Of a DNA stretch of 64,000 nt, positions 10,147-18,669 are shown piece by piece. Source of the stretch: Candidatus Latescibacterota bacterium (GTDB lineage: Bacteria; JAAXHH01). The notes below the pieces were generated by a model that was not told the origin of the DNA, did no database searches, and was given only the letters and a program-made list of their open reading frames with translations. The translations under genes and the position numbers were made by a program. Position 1 is the first letter of the stretch, and each line of letters opens with the position of its first letter. Location: assembly GCA_022822725.1 (NCBI GenBank), contig JAJEAN010000007.1, forward strand, positions 9,435 through 73,434. The letters run 5' to 3'.

Positions 10147-10806
10147 ATGATTCCGACCAAACCATACGCGGCCACGGACCTCGGCATCTTCCGGTTTCTC
10201 GACGGGAAGTTGCTCGTATACCTGGTCGAGTTGAAGATCGAACCCTTCGTGGGTCGTTATTCGCTGCCCGGCACCCTGGTGCTCGAGACAGAAGACCTGG
10301 AGGCGGCGGTGCGGCGCGCCTACCGCGAGGCAACTGGCCGGTCGGGCGCCTACTTCGAGCAGGTCTACACCTTCTCCGCCATCGACCGGGATCCCGGGAG
10401 ACGAACGATCTCGACGGCCTACATGGGGTTTCCCGACCGCCCGGGCGAGCCCTTTGAACCGGTAGACAAGTACCGCGCGGGGGAATGGTTCTACGTCAAT
10501 GACACCCCGTCGCTGGCATATGATCACAATGAGATTCTGAAGGTGTGCACGGACAGGATCGCGGCAAAACTGAATTACACCAATATCGCGCTGCTGCTGC
10601 TTCCCGGTGAATTCACGATGGCGGAACTGCAGTGCGTGTATGAACAGGGGCTGGGTGAAAGGCTGGAATCGGGGAGTTTCAGCGACAAGGTCCTGTCACT
10701 GGATATGATCAAAGCCACCGGCGGGGAACGTACCGCAGAGAACACCCAGCCGGTTCCCCTCTACCGCGCCGTGCACCGGGAACTGCAGGAAATCCCCTTC
10801 ATCTGA
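10147..10806 (+). CDS. NrtR-like transcriptional regulator (degenerate Nudix domain plus C-terminal winged helix)
   Basis: The Nudix box is degenerate (GTLVLETEDLEAAVRRAYREATG, lacking the catalytic EE). The C-terminus FTMAELQCVYEQGLGERLESGSFSDKVLSLDMI matches the NrtR wHTH. ATG 10147 is chosen because the listed start 10108 is TTG. Confidence 0.7.
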   Translation: MIPTKPYAATDLGIFRFLDGKLLVYLVELKIEPFVGRYSLPGTLVLETEDLEAAVRRAYREATGRSGAYFEQVYTFSAIDRDPGRRTISTAYMGFPDRPGEPFEPVDKYRAGEWFYVNDTPSLAYDHNEILKVCTDRIAAKLNYTNIALLLLPGEFTMAELQCVYEQGLGERLESGSFSDKVLSLDMIKATGGERTAENTQPVPLYRAVHRELQEIPFI

Positions 10807-10816
10807 TACGCGGCTT

Positions 10817-10858
10817 CATCCCGCGCGTCGTCTCAACCCGCGCGTCGTCTCATCCCGC
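10817..10858. repeat. tandem direct repeat, 17-bp unit x 2.4 (CAYCCCGCGCGTCGTCT)
   Basis: It fills the spacer between the convergent stops of the NrtR-like gene (10806) and korB (10858-10860). Confidence 0.85.
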
Positions 10859-11778
10859 TACATCATGCGCTTGATGATCCGGTCGGACTGCTCGACGGTG
10901 ATCCCCAGTTCGCGACGGGCGATTGCGCCGCCTTCGTCCAGCACCGGTTCCTGGTCGCCCAGCGTGGGCGCGCCCTTCTTCTGGAAGAACAGGCCCGTGT
11001 AGATCTCATCTCCCCAGATCATGGCCTTCTCGCAGGCGGCCTTCCAGTCGCCCGGATCGTGCCCTTCGTCCTCCAGCTTCTTGACGCGCTGCTTGAAGAA
11101 GGGGTAGTCGTTGTCCTTGTTGAAGGTGACGCAGGGACTGAATACGTCGATCAGGGCAAAGCCTCTGTGCTGGACGGCCTGTTCGATGAGCCCGGTCAGG
11201 TGGCGGGCGTCGCCGCTGAAGGCCCGGGCCACGAAGGTCGCGCCGTTCATGATCGCCGCCGTGATGGGATTGATCGGGGCCTCCACGCTTCCGAAGGGCG
11301 TGCTCTTGGTCCGCATGTCGATGCTGCTCGTGGGGGACACCTGTCCCGTGGTCAACCCATAGATCTGGTTGTCCATGACGATGTAGGTCAGGTCGACGTT
11401 CCGCCGCGCCGTGTGGGTGAAGTGGTTCCCGCCGATCCCGTAGCCGTCGCCGTCGCCGCCCGTGACGAACACGGTGAGTTCGTGGTTCGCCATCTGTGCG
11501 CCCGTGGCCACGGCGAGGGCACGCCCGTGCAGCGTGTGCATGCCGTAGGAGTTGAAGAATCCCGGGAAATTCGAGGAGCAGCCGATCCCGCTGATCGTGA
11601 GGATCTCGTGGGGCCGGAGACCCAGGTTCACGCATGCCCGCTGCAGGCTGCTCAGCACGCCGAAATCGCCGCATCCCGGGCACCAGTCCGGATCCACCTT
11701 GCCCTTGAAGTCCTTTGCTTTCAATGGCGCTACCGGCTTCGCTTCCACTTCCTCGCGTGGTAAAGTTTCCACTGACAT
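10858..11778 (-). CDS. korB: 2-oxoglutarate:ferredoxin oxidoreductase, beta (TPP-binding) subunit
   Basis: CPGCGDFG, GIGCSS, TGGDGD TPP-binding motifs. ATG with GGAG SD. Immediately downstream of korA. Confidence 0.9.
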   Translation of the reverse strand: MSVETLPREEVEAKPVAPLKAKDFKGKVDPDWCPGCGDFGVLSSLQRACVNLGLRPHEILTISGIGCSSNFPGFFNSYGMHTLHGRALAVATGAQMANHELTVFVTGGDGDGYGIGGNHFTHTARRNVDLTYIVMDNQIYGLTTGQVSPTSSIDMRTKSTPFGSVEAPINPITAAIMNGATFVARAFSGDARHLTGLIEQAVQHRGFALIDVFSPCVTFNKDNDYPFFKQRVKKLEDEGHDPGDWKAACEKAMIWGDEIYTGLFFQKKGAPTLGDQEPVLDEGGAIARRELGITVEQSDRIIKRMM

Positions 11779-11790
11779 GTTGAAGACTCC

Positions 11791-13641
11791 TTAGACGATG
11801 ACTTCTTGATAGGGCACGTAGATGTCCGTCGTTCCGGCCAGCAGCTCCCTTACGCCATCCACGATATGATGGGGCATGAATGGTTCGCCGTCGTACTTCC
11901 GGATGTGGCCGTCGGCCGAAAGCCCGGTCTCGCTGCGCAAATACCGGTGGAACTGGCCGGAATGATTGTTCTCAACGATCACGGTCTTTTTCGCGTTGTC
12001 GAAGACTTCCCGGATGGCGTCCGCGTGCAGGGGGACGATCCACTTTATCGGAAGGTGGTTTACGGCGACGCCTTCACGGTTCAGGGTCTCCACCGCTTCC
12101 CTGATCACGCCGTGGGTCGAACCCCAGCCGATGAGCGTGATCTCGGCGTCTTCGGCACTCGATCCCAAAAGCGCCGGCGGTTCAATGCTTTCGGCGATGT
12201 TCCTGAACTTACGGGCCCGCTTTTCCACCATCTTGCGCCGCTTGTGGGGATTGGTGAACTCGTCGCTGACCAGGACGCCGTCTTCATCGTGCTCGTCGGT
12301 GGCCACCACGTGGGCGTGTCCCTCCACGCCCGGAAGCGCGCGGGGAGAAATACCGCTCTCCGTATTCTCGTACCGCAGGTAACCATTGCTCGGCGCGCCG
12401 ATGAGGCCGTGCCCGTTGGCCAGTTGCGAACCCGTCGGGATGTCGCTCGCGCCGTTATTGGACTCGGTGATCAGTTCGCCCCGGTCTATTCCGGGCTGCA
12501 TGTCGATGGCGTCCGGGTCGACGCTGAAGGTGCCTTCGGAGATCAGCAGATCCGAAATCACGATGCCCGGGCACTGGAACCGGTCCACCAGGTTGAACAG
12601 TTCGGGCACGGTATGGAAGGCGTCCAGCGCATCGGTCGGCGCCACGATGAACCGTTCGAAATCGCCCTGGCTCGCTCCGAGGATCTGCCAGAGATCGCCC
12701 TGTTCCGTCTTGGTGGGCACGCCCGTGGAAGGACCGGCGCGCTGCACGTCGATGAAGACGACAGGGATTTCCATCATGGCCGCGCTGCCCACGGCCTCGG
12801 TCATCAGGGCGAATCCGCCGCCCGATGTGGCGCACATGGACCGGCAGCCCACGTGGGCGGCGCCGATGGCCATGTTGGCCACGCCGATCTCGTCCTCGAC
12901 CTGTCGCACCATGATGCCCAGTTCCCGCGCGTTTTGGGCCATCCAGTGGAGTACGCCCGTGGAGGGGCTCATGGGATAAGCGCAGTAGAACTTGACGCCC
13001 GCCGCCGCGCCGCCCATGGCCAGTGCATCGTTGCCGGTCCATACCGCCTGCGGCTTGCCGCCGGAGGGCAGGGACTGCGCGAAGGGTTCGAAATGCGCCG
13101 CGGCATAGTCGTATCCCGCGCGGGCCACGCCCACGTTCTCGTCGACCACTTCCTGCCCCTTGCGCTGGAACTGCATGGTGATGATGTCTTCCAGGATCTG
13201 GAAGTCCACGTCGAGCATGTAGAGTATCGTCCCGAGCGCCACGGTGTTCTGTACGAGCTTGTTGCGGTTGTTGTCGGTCAGTTCGTTGATGGGCAGCGGG
13301 CAGAGGTGCACGCCGTCTTCCGGGGTGCCTGGCGTGATCGTGTCGCTGTTGTAGATCACCCGCGTGCCGGATCCCATGAGGCACAGGTGCCGGTCCATCG
13401 TATCCTGGTTCAGACAGACCAGCAGGTCGAGTTTATCGCCGTGGTTGTGGACCGGCTGATCGCAAATCCTCATCGTGAGGAAGATATGGCCGCCCCGGAT
13501 GATCGACTGATAGGCATTGTAGGCGTTGAGATGCAGTCCGCGGCGGATGAAGATCCGGGCGAGCACGTTGCCCGGCGTGGCGATACCCTGACCCGCGGCG
13601 CCGCCTATGGCAATGGCAAAGTCGAATCTTTCTGAACTCAT
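11791..13641 (-). CDS. korA: 2-oxoglutarate:ferredoxin oxidoreductase, alpha subunit (fused gamma-alpha)
   Basis: N-terminal gamma-like domain (FAIAIGGAAGQGI) and alpha domain (YCAYPMSPSTGV...). ATG 13641 with AGGAG SD is preferred over the listed TTG at 13671. Confidence 0.9.
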   Translation of the reverse strand: MSSERFDFAIAIGGAAGQGIATPGNVLARIFIRRGLHLNAYNAYQSIIRGGHIFLTMRICDQPVHNHGDKLDLLVCLNQDTMDRHLCLMGSGTRVIYNSDTITPGTPEDGVHLCPLPINELTDNNRNKLVQNTVALGTILYMLDVDFQILEDIITMQFQRKGQEVVDENVGVARAGYDYAAAHFEPFAQSLPSGGKPQAVWTGNDALAMGGAAAGVKFYCAYPMSPSTGVLHWMAQNARELGIMVRQVEDEIGVANMAIGAAHVGCRSMCATSGGGFALMTEAVGSAAMMEIPVVFIDVQRAGPSTGVPTKTEQGDLWQILGASQGDFERFIVAPTDALDAFHTVPELFNLVDRFQCPGIVISDLLISEGTFSVDPDAIDMQPGIDRGELITESNNGASDIPTGSQLANGHGLIGAPSNGYLRYENTESGISPRALPGVEGHAHVVATDEHDEDGVLVSDEFTNPHKRRKMVEKRARKFRNIAESIEPPALLGSSAEDAEITLIGWGSTHGVIREAVETLNREGVAVNHLPIKWIVPLHADAIREVFDNAKKTVIVENNHSGQFHRYLRSETGLSADGHIRKYDGEPFMPHHIVDGVRELLAGTTDIYVPYQEVIV

Positions 13642-13781
13642 CGGTATCTCCTGTCTGACCGTCGTTGACAACCCGGTTCTACTGGTCGGGAATGCGTATT
13701 TTCGTCAGATGTCGTATTGAAGTAACGGGAACTTACAAAATAAACAGCCCGCCCGGTGATGTCAACCATTCTAGTTTGGAA

Positions 13782-13880
13782 TTGACGCTTGGCGCCGCGA
13801 CGATGAATCGGGATTTGACGCTTGACGCCGCGACGATAAAACGGGATTTGACGCTTGACGCCGCGACGAAGGTGACGTAC
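13782..13880. repeat. tandem direct repeat, 33-bp unit x 3, each unit carrying TTGACGCTTGACG
   Basis: Unit starts at 13782, 13815 and 13848. Each copy has a TTGACG-N16-TAAAAC promoter-like spacing on the plus strand. Confidence 0.9.
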
Positions 13881-13983
13881 CTTTAATACGAAGGTTAGGA
13901 AACGGCTCGCGGTTAGCTACGTGCTTCGAGTCGGCATTCGTTAACCGGTTTCCCGGTCTTCGCCTTTTTTGTTTTTTTATACA

Positions 13984-14016
13984 GGACCCCGGTTCCGGCC
14001 GGGGTCTTGTTTTTTT
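13984..14016 (+). terminator. intrinsic terminator (GC hairpin plus U-tract), plus strand
   Basis: GGACCCCGG-ttcc-GGCCGGGGTC followed by TTGTTTTTTT. A weaker hairpin plus T-run lies at 13944-13980. No plus-strand CDS precedes it. Confidence 0.6.
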
Positions 14017-14077
14017 GAGTCAAACTGCTCCGGCAACAGCCCCGCCCCCGGACTCCTGCTGCCGGGAAAAAGACCGG

Positions 14078-14106
14078 TTGACGCTACAGCAATTGCGGGG
14101 TAATTA
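14078..14106 (+). promoter_or_regulatory. sigma70-like promoter candidate (TTGACG-N17-TAATTA) upstream of the PhyH gene
   Basis: Spacing and hexamers are as stated. It uses the same -35 hexamer as the 33-bp repeat. Confidence 0.3.
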
Positions 14107-14280
14107 CATAAACAGTATATGAAGGCGGCGGCGGGCGAATCCCGGCCTGTCTTTCGATACTTTTGAGCGAGGGCCGCTCATTTCCTCCGATCGGATAAGG
14201 TCCATGTTCAAGCACCAGATCGGCGTTGTGGGCCGCGCCTTGCGAAAACACCTTGAACACGAACAGCGGGGAGGTGCGGA

Positions 14281-15054
14281 TTGAACGGCGCCGATATCGT
14301 AAGCAAATACCGGGACGACGGCTACGTGGTCCTGCCCGGGGTCCTCGACGGCGGCCTGACCGCCGAGGCCCAGGGCCATATCGAGTGGATGGGAAAGAAG
14401 TACCCCGACGTCCGGCCCGAGCAGTACCATCACCACCTCATCGTGGACGATCCGTTCTGGATCCGCCTCTGCACCGACCCCCGGCTCATCGACGTCATCG
14501 AACCTTTTCTTGGGCCCGACATCGCACTCTTCGCGGCACATTACATCAGCAAGCCGCCCGGGGACGGGCAGCCGGTGCTCTGGCACCAGGACGGAAACTA
14601 CTGGCCGCTTGAGCCCATGAAGGTCATTACCATCTGGCTGGCCGTGGACGACTCGACCCCGGAGAACGGATGCATGCGGGTCATCCCCGGCAGCCACAAG
14701 GACCAGGAACTGCACCGGCACCGTAGATCCGAAGGGGGAAACGTATTGAGTTCGGAGCTTGATTTGAAGGTGGATGAATCCAGGGCGGTCGATGTCGTCG
14801 TGCCGGCGGGCGGCGTATCCCTGCACGATCCCTACCTGATACACGGTTCGAAGGCCAACCTTTCCGACCGGCGCCGGTGCGGACTGACCCTCCGGTACAT
14901 TCCCACGACCACGCGCATCAAGCGCGAGAACTTCCCCGCCTACCTGTGCCGGGGCAAGGCCGTGGACGGAATCAACCACTACCCTCCGCTTCCCCGGTTC
15001 AGGCCCGGCGATCACTACCCGTTCGAGGGGTGCGACCGGCCTCCCTGGCAGTGA
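14281..15054 (+). CDS. phytanoyl-CoA dioxygenase (PhyH) family Fe(II)/2OG oxygenase
   Basis: WHQDGNYW (HxD) and LIHGSKAN (distal His) facial-triad motifs. TTG start 5 nt after a GGGGAGGTG SD. Confidence 0.8.
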   Translation: MNGADIVSKYRDDGYVVLPGVLDGGLTAEAQGHIEWMGKKYPDVRPEQYHHHLIVDDPFWIRLCTDPRLIDVIEPFLGPDIALFAAHYISKPPGDGQPVLWHQDGNYWPLEPMKVITIWLAVDDSTPENGCMRVIPGSHKDQELHRHRRSEGGNVLSSELDLKVDESRAVDVVVPAGGVSLHDPYLIHGSKANLSDRRRCGLTLRYIPTTTRIKRENFPAYLCRGKAVDGINHYPPLPRFRPGDHYPFEGCDRPPWQ

Positions 15055-15094
15055 CGCCGCTCGGTACTGGTGGCCTCCCTGGCAATGACGCCGC
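15036..15094. repeat. direct repeat (23-bp copies, 36-bp period); first copy contains the PhyH stop codon
   Basis: GGCCTCCCTGGCAGTGACGCCGC at 15036-15058 and GGCCTCCCTGGCAATGACGCCGC at 15072-15094. In the second copy the TGA has become AAT-GAC. Confidence 0.85.
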
Positions 15095-15100
15095 CCGCGC

Positions 15101-16459
15101 TCAGATGATCCCCATGTCCCGCAGTTCCCGCCTTACCGCGTACATGGCGCCTTCGGTGGCCAAAACCCACAGGCGGTCACCCCGAGCGAGCCGACGCATG
15201 ATGTCGTGAAACACGTCGCTGACGTCCGCCGCGGTGGCCATGTCCTCCGCGTCCATCTGTTCGTCCATCAGGGCCAGGTGCGCGCCTCCCGCGCCGGCCA
15301 CGTGCACGGACCTCGAAAGGTCCGCCATGCCTTCCAGGTCTTCGTCCACGATCCACGGACCGTTGCGACCGCCCCGTACGGCTTCGTCCAGCAAAAACAG
15401 GAAATGGCCCTGCCGCTGGTCCAGCCGGCAGGTCCTGAGCGCTTCGTGGAGCGAAGTCCTGTTCTTGATCGTTATCAGACGGGCTTCCCGATCGTGAATC
15501 ACCACCCGTTCGTCCCGTCCCGCGGAGGCCCTTACCGATTCCAGGCCCTTGCGTATCGTCACGGGACTCAGGCCGAGGGACAACGCGGCCGCCGCGGCCG
15601 CCACGGCGTTGTACACGTTATGCAGCCCGGACAGGCGGAGGCGCACGTCCAGGGGACCCCGCGGCGTGATGATCCGGAAATTGGATTCATCCGGTCCCAG
15701 ATCCACATCAATCGCGTAGACGGTGGGCAGCGGCCTTTCCCAACCGCAGCCTTCGCAGGCGTAGTCGCCCAGGTGGGCCAGGCTGGTGATGCGGTAGGCC
15801 AGGGGAGCGCCGCACCGGGGGCATGGTACTTCGGGCTTGGCCGCATCCGCCAGGTGCAGGCTTTCATCCTCCACGCCGTAATAGGTCAACCGGGGCGGCA
15901 CGCCGCGCGTGAATCCGCCGCAGAGGACCGGATCGTCGGCATTGACGAGGATGTGCTGTCCGGCGGACATGTTGCCGAACCAGTCGCACCACTTTTCGAT
16001 CAGGGCAGCGCGGTCTACCCCCTGGACCGATTCATCGTCGTAAAGGTTGCTCAGTACGAGCGTGCCGGGACTGCACACCCTGATCGCCCGGTCGAGCATG
16101 CCGGTCTCGAAACCGAACACGCCGTAGTCCGCATGGATCCTGCCGCGGCGGTCGGTCGCCCGGACCAGGGTGGAGACCACTTCGTCGATGGATGGGACGA
16201 TGTCTTCGGGGTAGAGCGTCCGGGCATCGGCCTGCCGCAGAATCGCGGCCAGGATACGGCAGGTCGTGTGCTTGCCGTTCGTTCCGGTAACCCCGGCCAC
16301 GCCTTGACTGAACTGGCGCACCAGGGACCGGACCAGGCCCGGCCAGAACGCGGCGGTGAGGGTGCCGGGCGGGACGCGTCCACGGGAGAAATCAAACAAC
16401 TCGGCCGCCCTCGCGACGGACTTGTCAATGGAAAGGGCGGCCGATTTGAGCATACGCAT
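15101..16459 (-). CDS. murT: MurT-like Mur-ligase family protein (lipid II isoglutaminyl synthase ligase-subunit homologue)
   Basis: GVTGTNGKHTT P-loop, NADDP, and a Cys4 ribbon CPRCGAPLAYRITSLAHLGDYACEGCGW. C-terminal DUF1727-like region (GPWIVDEDLE). It aligns position-by-position with S. aureus MurT from memory. Confidence 0.75.
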   Translation of the reverse strand: MRMLKSAALSIDKSVARAAELFDFSRGRVPPGTLTAAFWPGLVRSLVRQFSQGVAGVTGTNGKHTTCRILAAILRQADARTLYPEDIVPSIDEVVSTLVRATDRRGRIHADYGVFGFETGMLDRAIRVCSPGTLVLSNLYDDESVQGVDRAALIEKWCDWFGNMSAGQHILVNADDPVLCGGFTRGVPPRLTYYGVEDESLHLADAAKPEVPCPRCGAPLAYRITSLAHLGDYACEGCGWERPLPTVYAIDVDLGPDESNFRIITPRGPLDVRLRLSGLHNVYNAVAAAAAALSLGLSPVTIRKGLESVRASAGRDERVVIHDREARLITIKNRTSLHEALRTCRLDQRQGHFLFLLDEAVRGGRNGPWIVDEDLEGMADLSRSVHVAGAGGAHLALMDEQMDAEDMATAADVSDVFHDIMRRLARGDRLWVLATEGAMYAVRRELRDMGII

Positions 16460-16494
16460 AGGAGGTTGATCGATACCGGGGAATCAACCTTTGG

Positions 16495-16902
16495 TCATAT
16501 CTTTACGCCGCGCCATTCGTCCCGGTCACCGGAGATGTCGACGATGTTACCGTCGGGATCGATGGCCTTGAAAGCGATCTCCGGCGGCGTATCGGAGGAG
16601 ATGGCGTCCCGGCCCTTCACGGTCTTCGGCGCTTCGGCCCCCCAGTTCCGGACCCGGTGCCAGGCGGCGTGCAGGTCGTCCACCAGCACGCCGAAATGGA
16701 TATACTCCTCGCCTTCCTCGAGCGTCGGCCGCGATGGATCGTCATGGGGCAGCAGGGTGATGTTGGCGGTGCCGTCGCTGAGATCGACGGCCTCGCCGTT
16801 ACCCCGCCGGCCGACAAAGGTAAAACCGATCACATCCTCGTAGAAACGCTGCGAGACCGCCACGTCTCTACAACGCAGTGCGAGGTGACGCAGATAGGCC
16901 AT
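16495..16902 (-). CDS. VOC/glyoxalase-bleomycin resistance family protein
   Basis: Paired beta-alpha-beta-beta-beta modules (MAYLRHLALRCRDVAVSQRFYEDVIGF... HFGVLVDD). Start at MAYLRH (16902). Confidence 0.7.
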   Translation of the reverse strand: MAYLRHLALRCRDVAVSQRFYEDVIGFTFVGRRGNGEAVDLSDGTANITLLPHDDPSRPTLEEGEEYIHFGVLVDDLHAAWHRVRNWGAEAPKTVKGRDAISSDTPPEIAFKAIDPDGNIVDISGDRDEWRGVKI

Positions 16903-16983
16903 TACGCCTCCTATCGGGGCTGATCGTTCAAACGCGTTCAATGGCTGGGAAGCCACCACCGGGGAAAACCGGATAACGCCGGA

Positions 16984-18408
16984 TTACAGGCGCTTCTCCT
17001 TCGCTATCTCCTCGATGGCCCCGATGAACTGGTCGGTCTGCGCGTCGGTGACCATGATATGCATCGAAGTCCGGTTGGCGTCCCAGTTGATCTCGTCGTG
17101 CGTGACGTTCCGGATGTAGATACGATGGCGGTCCCACAGCATGTCGTTGAGATCGCGCGTACCCACGCCGATGACCTTGAACGAGACGAGTGCCGCACTC
17201 ATGCGGGGGTCGGGCGAACTGTAGACTTCCACGCCGTCCATATTGCGCAGGGCGTTGGCCACGCGCGTAGCCTGGTAGCGGTTCCGGCTCTCGATGGCGG
17301 CCGGGCCGATCATGTTGTGGAAATCCAGCGCCGCGTCGATGGCGACCCGCGCCGGCGCATTGGAGGAACCCCGCAATTCGAACTTGGAGGCGCCCGCCAG
17401 GTACTCTTCGTAGAACACCTTGGCGAAGCCCGTGGGTTCCTGCCCGTACATGGTCAGGCCGTTCACCGGACCGGCGTACAGGGTCGGCCATACCTGATCC
17501 ACGATATCCTCTTTCACGTAGAAGAAGCCCGTGTACATGGACGCCATCATCCACTTGTGGCACGGCCCCGCGTACATGTCGCATCCCAGGTCGTGCATGT
17601 TCAGGTCGAGCATGCCCGGAGGTTGTGCCCCGTCGACCAGCGTGATGATGCCCTTCGAACGGGCCATCTCGCAGATTTCCTTCACGGGGAGAACGAGCCC
17701 GTCTCCGTAGTTGATGTGGCAGAAGCTGAGCATCTTCGTTCGCGGCGTGATGGCGGCCTCGAAGGCCTTGAGCAGCGCGTCGGGACTGTCGGGCGGGTGG
17801 TATTCGGGAGAAGAGAGGTCGATCATGACGGTCTTCGTTCCCTGGCGGACGGCCCGGAGGTTGATCGGCTGCACGCCGCTGGAATGATCGTGATTGGTGG
17901 TCACGATCTCGTCGCCCGGCTCCATGTCGATGCCGAAGGTGCCGAAGACCATGCCCTCGGTCGTGTTGTTGGTGAAGGCGACCTCGTTCGATTTACAGCC
18001 GAGGTAATTCGCCATCTTCTCCCGCATCTGTGCCCGGAAGTCGCTGTTGTAGACGTAACTGGTGTAGCTTTTGTAATCCGAGTTCGCGCCTTCCAGGGCG
18101 GCGATCTGCGCCCGGTGTACCGGACCCGGGGACGGACCGCGCGTCCCGGTGTTCATGAAGGAAACGCCGTCGCGGATGATGTACTGGTCGGCCACCCAGT
18201 TCCAGTAGGCCACGTCGTCGGGTTCCGGGAGGTGGTCTTCGGGCATCGGCGGCTTCGCCCCGGCCTTCCCGGCCATGGACAGGAGGGCCGTCCCGGCGGC
18301 GAGACCTCCCGCGATCCGACCGATAAACCCGCGCCGGGACAACGCTTTCAGCTTTTCGGGATCCTCGAATTTCGGATCGAAGTTGATTCCGGTCTCTTCC
18401 GTGATCAT
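16984..18408 (-). CDS. class V PLP-dependent aminotransferase with twin-arginine (TAT) signal peptide
   Basis: SRRGFIGRIAGGLAAGTALLSMAGKAGA TAT motif, then an aminotransferase-V fold (HKWM pyridoxal-lysine region). Confidence 0.75.
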   Translation of the reverse strand: MITEETGINFDPKFEDPEKLKALSRRGFIGRIAGGLAAGTALLSMAGKAGAKPPMPEDHLPEPDDVAYWNWVADQYIIRDGVSFMNTGTRGPSPGPVHRAQIAALEGANSDYKSYTSYVYNSDFRAQMREKMANYLGCKSNEVAFTNNTTEGMVFGTFGIDMEPGDEIVTTNHDHSSGVQPINLRAVRQGTKTVMIDLSSPEYHPPDSPDALLKAFEAAITPRTKMLSFCHINYGDGLVLPVKEICEMARSKGIITLVDGAQPPGMLDLNMHDLGCDMYAGPCHKWMMASMYTGFFYVKEDIVDQVWPTLYAGPVNGLTMYGQEPTGFAKVFYEEYLAGASKFELRGSSNAPARVAIDAALDFHNMIGPAAIESRNRYQATRVANALRNMDGVEVYSSPDPRMSAALVSFKVIGVGTRDLNDMLWDRHRIYIRNVTHDEINWDANRTSMHIMVTDAQTDQFIGAIEEIAKEKRL

Positions 18409-18669
18409 GGTGTATCTCCTGGAAAATACCTCCGGCATGCTCCGACGGAATATGCGGTGCGAGCCACCGCGCCGGACCGTGCCGGGGGTCTGGAAAAACA
18501 GCGAATTGTGTATTAGGTTCTGTAAACAGAGTATACAGAGGACACAAGAGGGTCTTCAAGTAAAAACTGCATTTGGAGGGTTTGCGGTCTGCGGCGCCGA
18601 TTTCTGGTTGCGGGGTGGATGAAACACCGCTTACTTGGTAGGGGTCGATCCGAACGAAAGGCATCCGAC

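Noticed and set aside
13665-13886. 73-aa TTG-initiated ORF whose 33-bp repeats would encode 11-aa LTLDAATxxRD repeats
   Set aside because: TTG start with no SD, overlapping the korA ribosome-binding region on the other strand. The other repeat arrays in the window have periods not divisible by 3, so the repeats are DNA-level features rather than coding ones.
14104-15015. 303-aa minus-strand ORF overlapping the PhyH gene; considered as a possible GatD partner of MurT
   Set aside because: It has no GATase motifs. It is antisense to a strongly supported PhyH gene, which has intact 2OG-oxygenase motifs and an SD.
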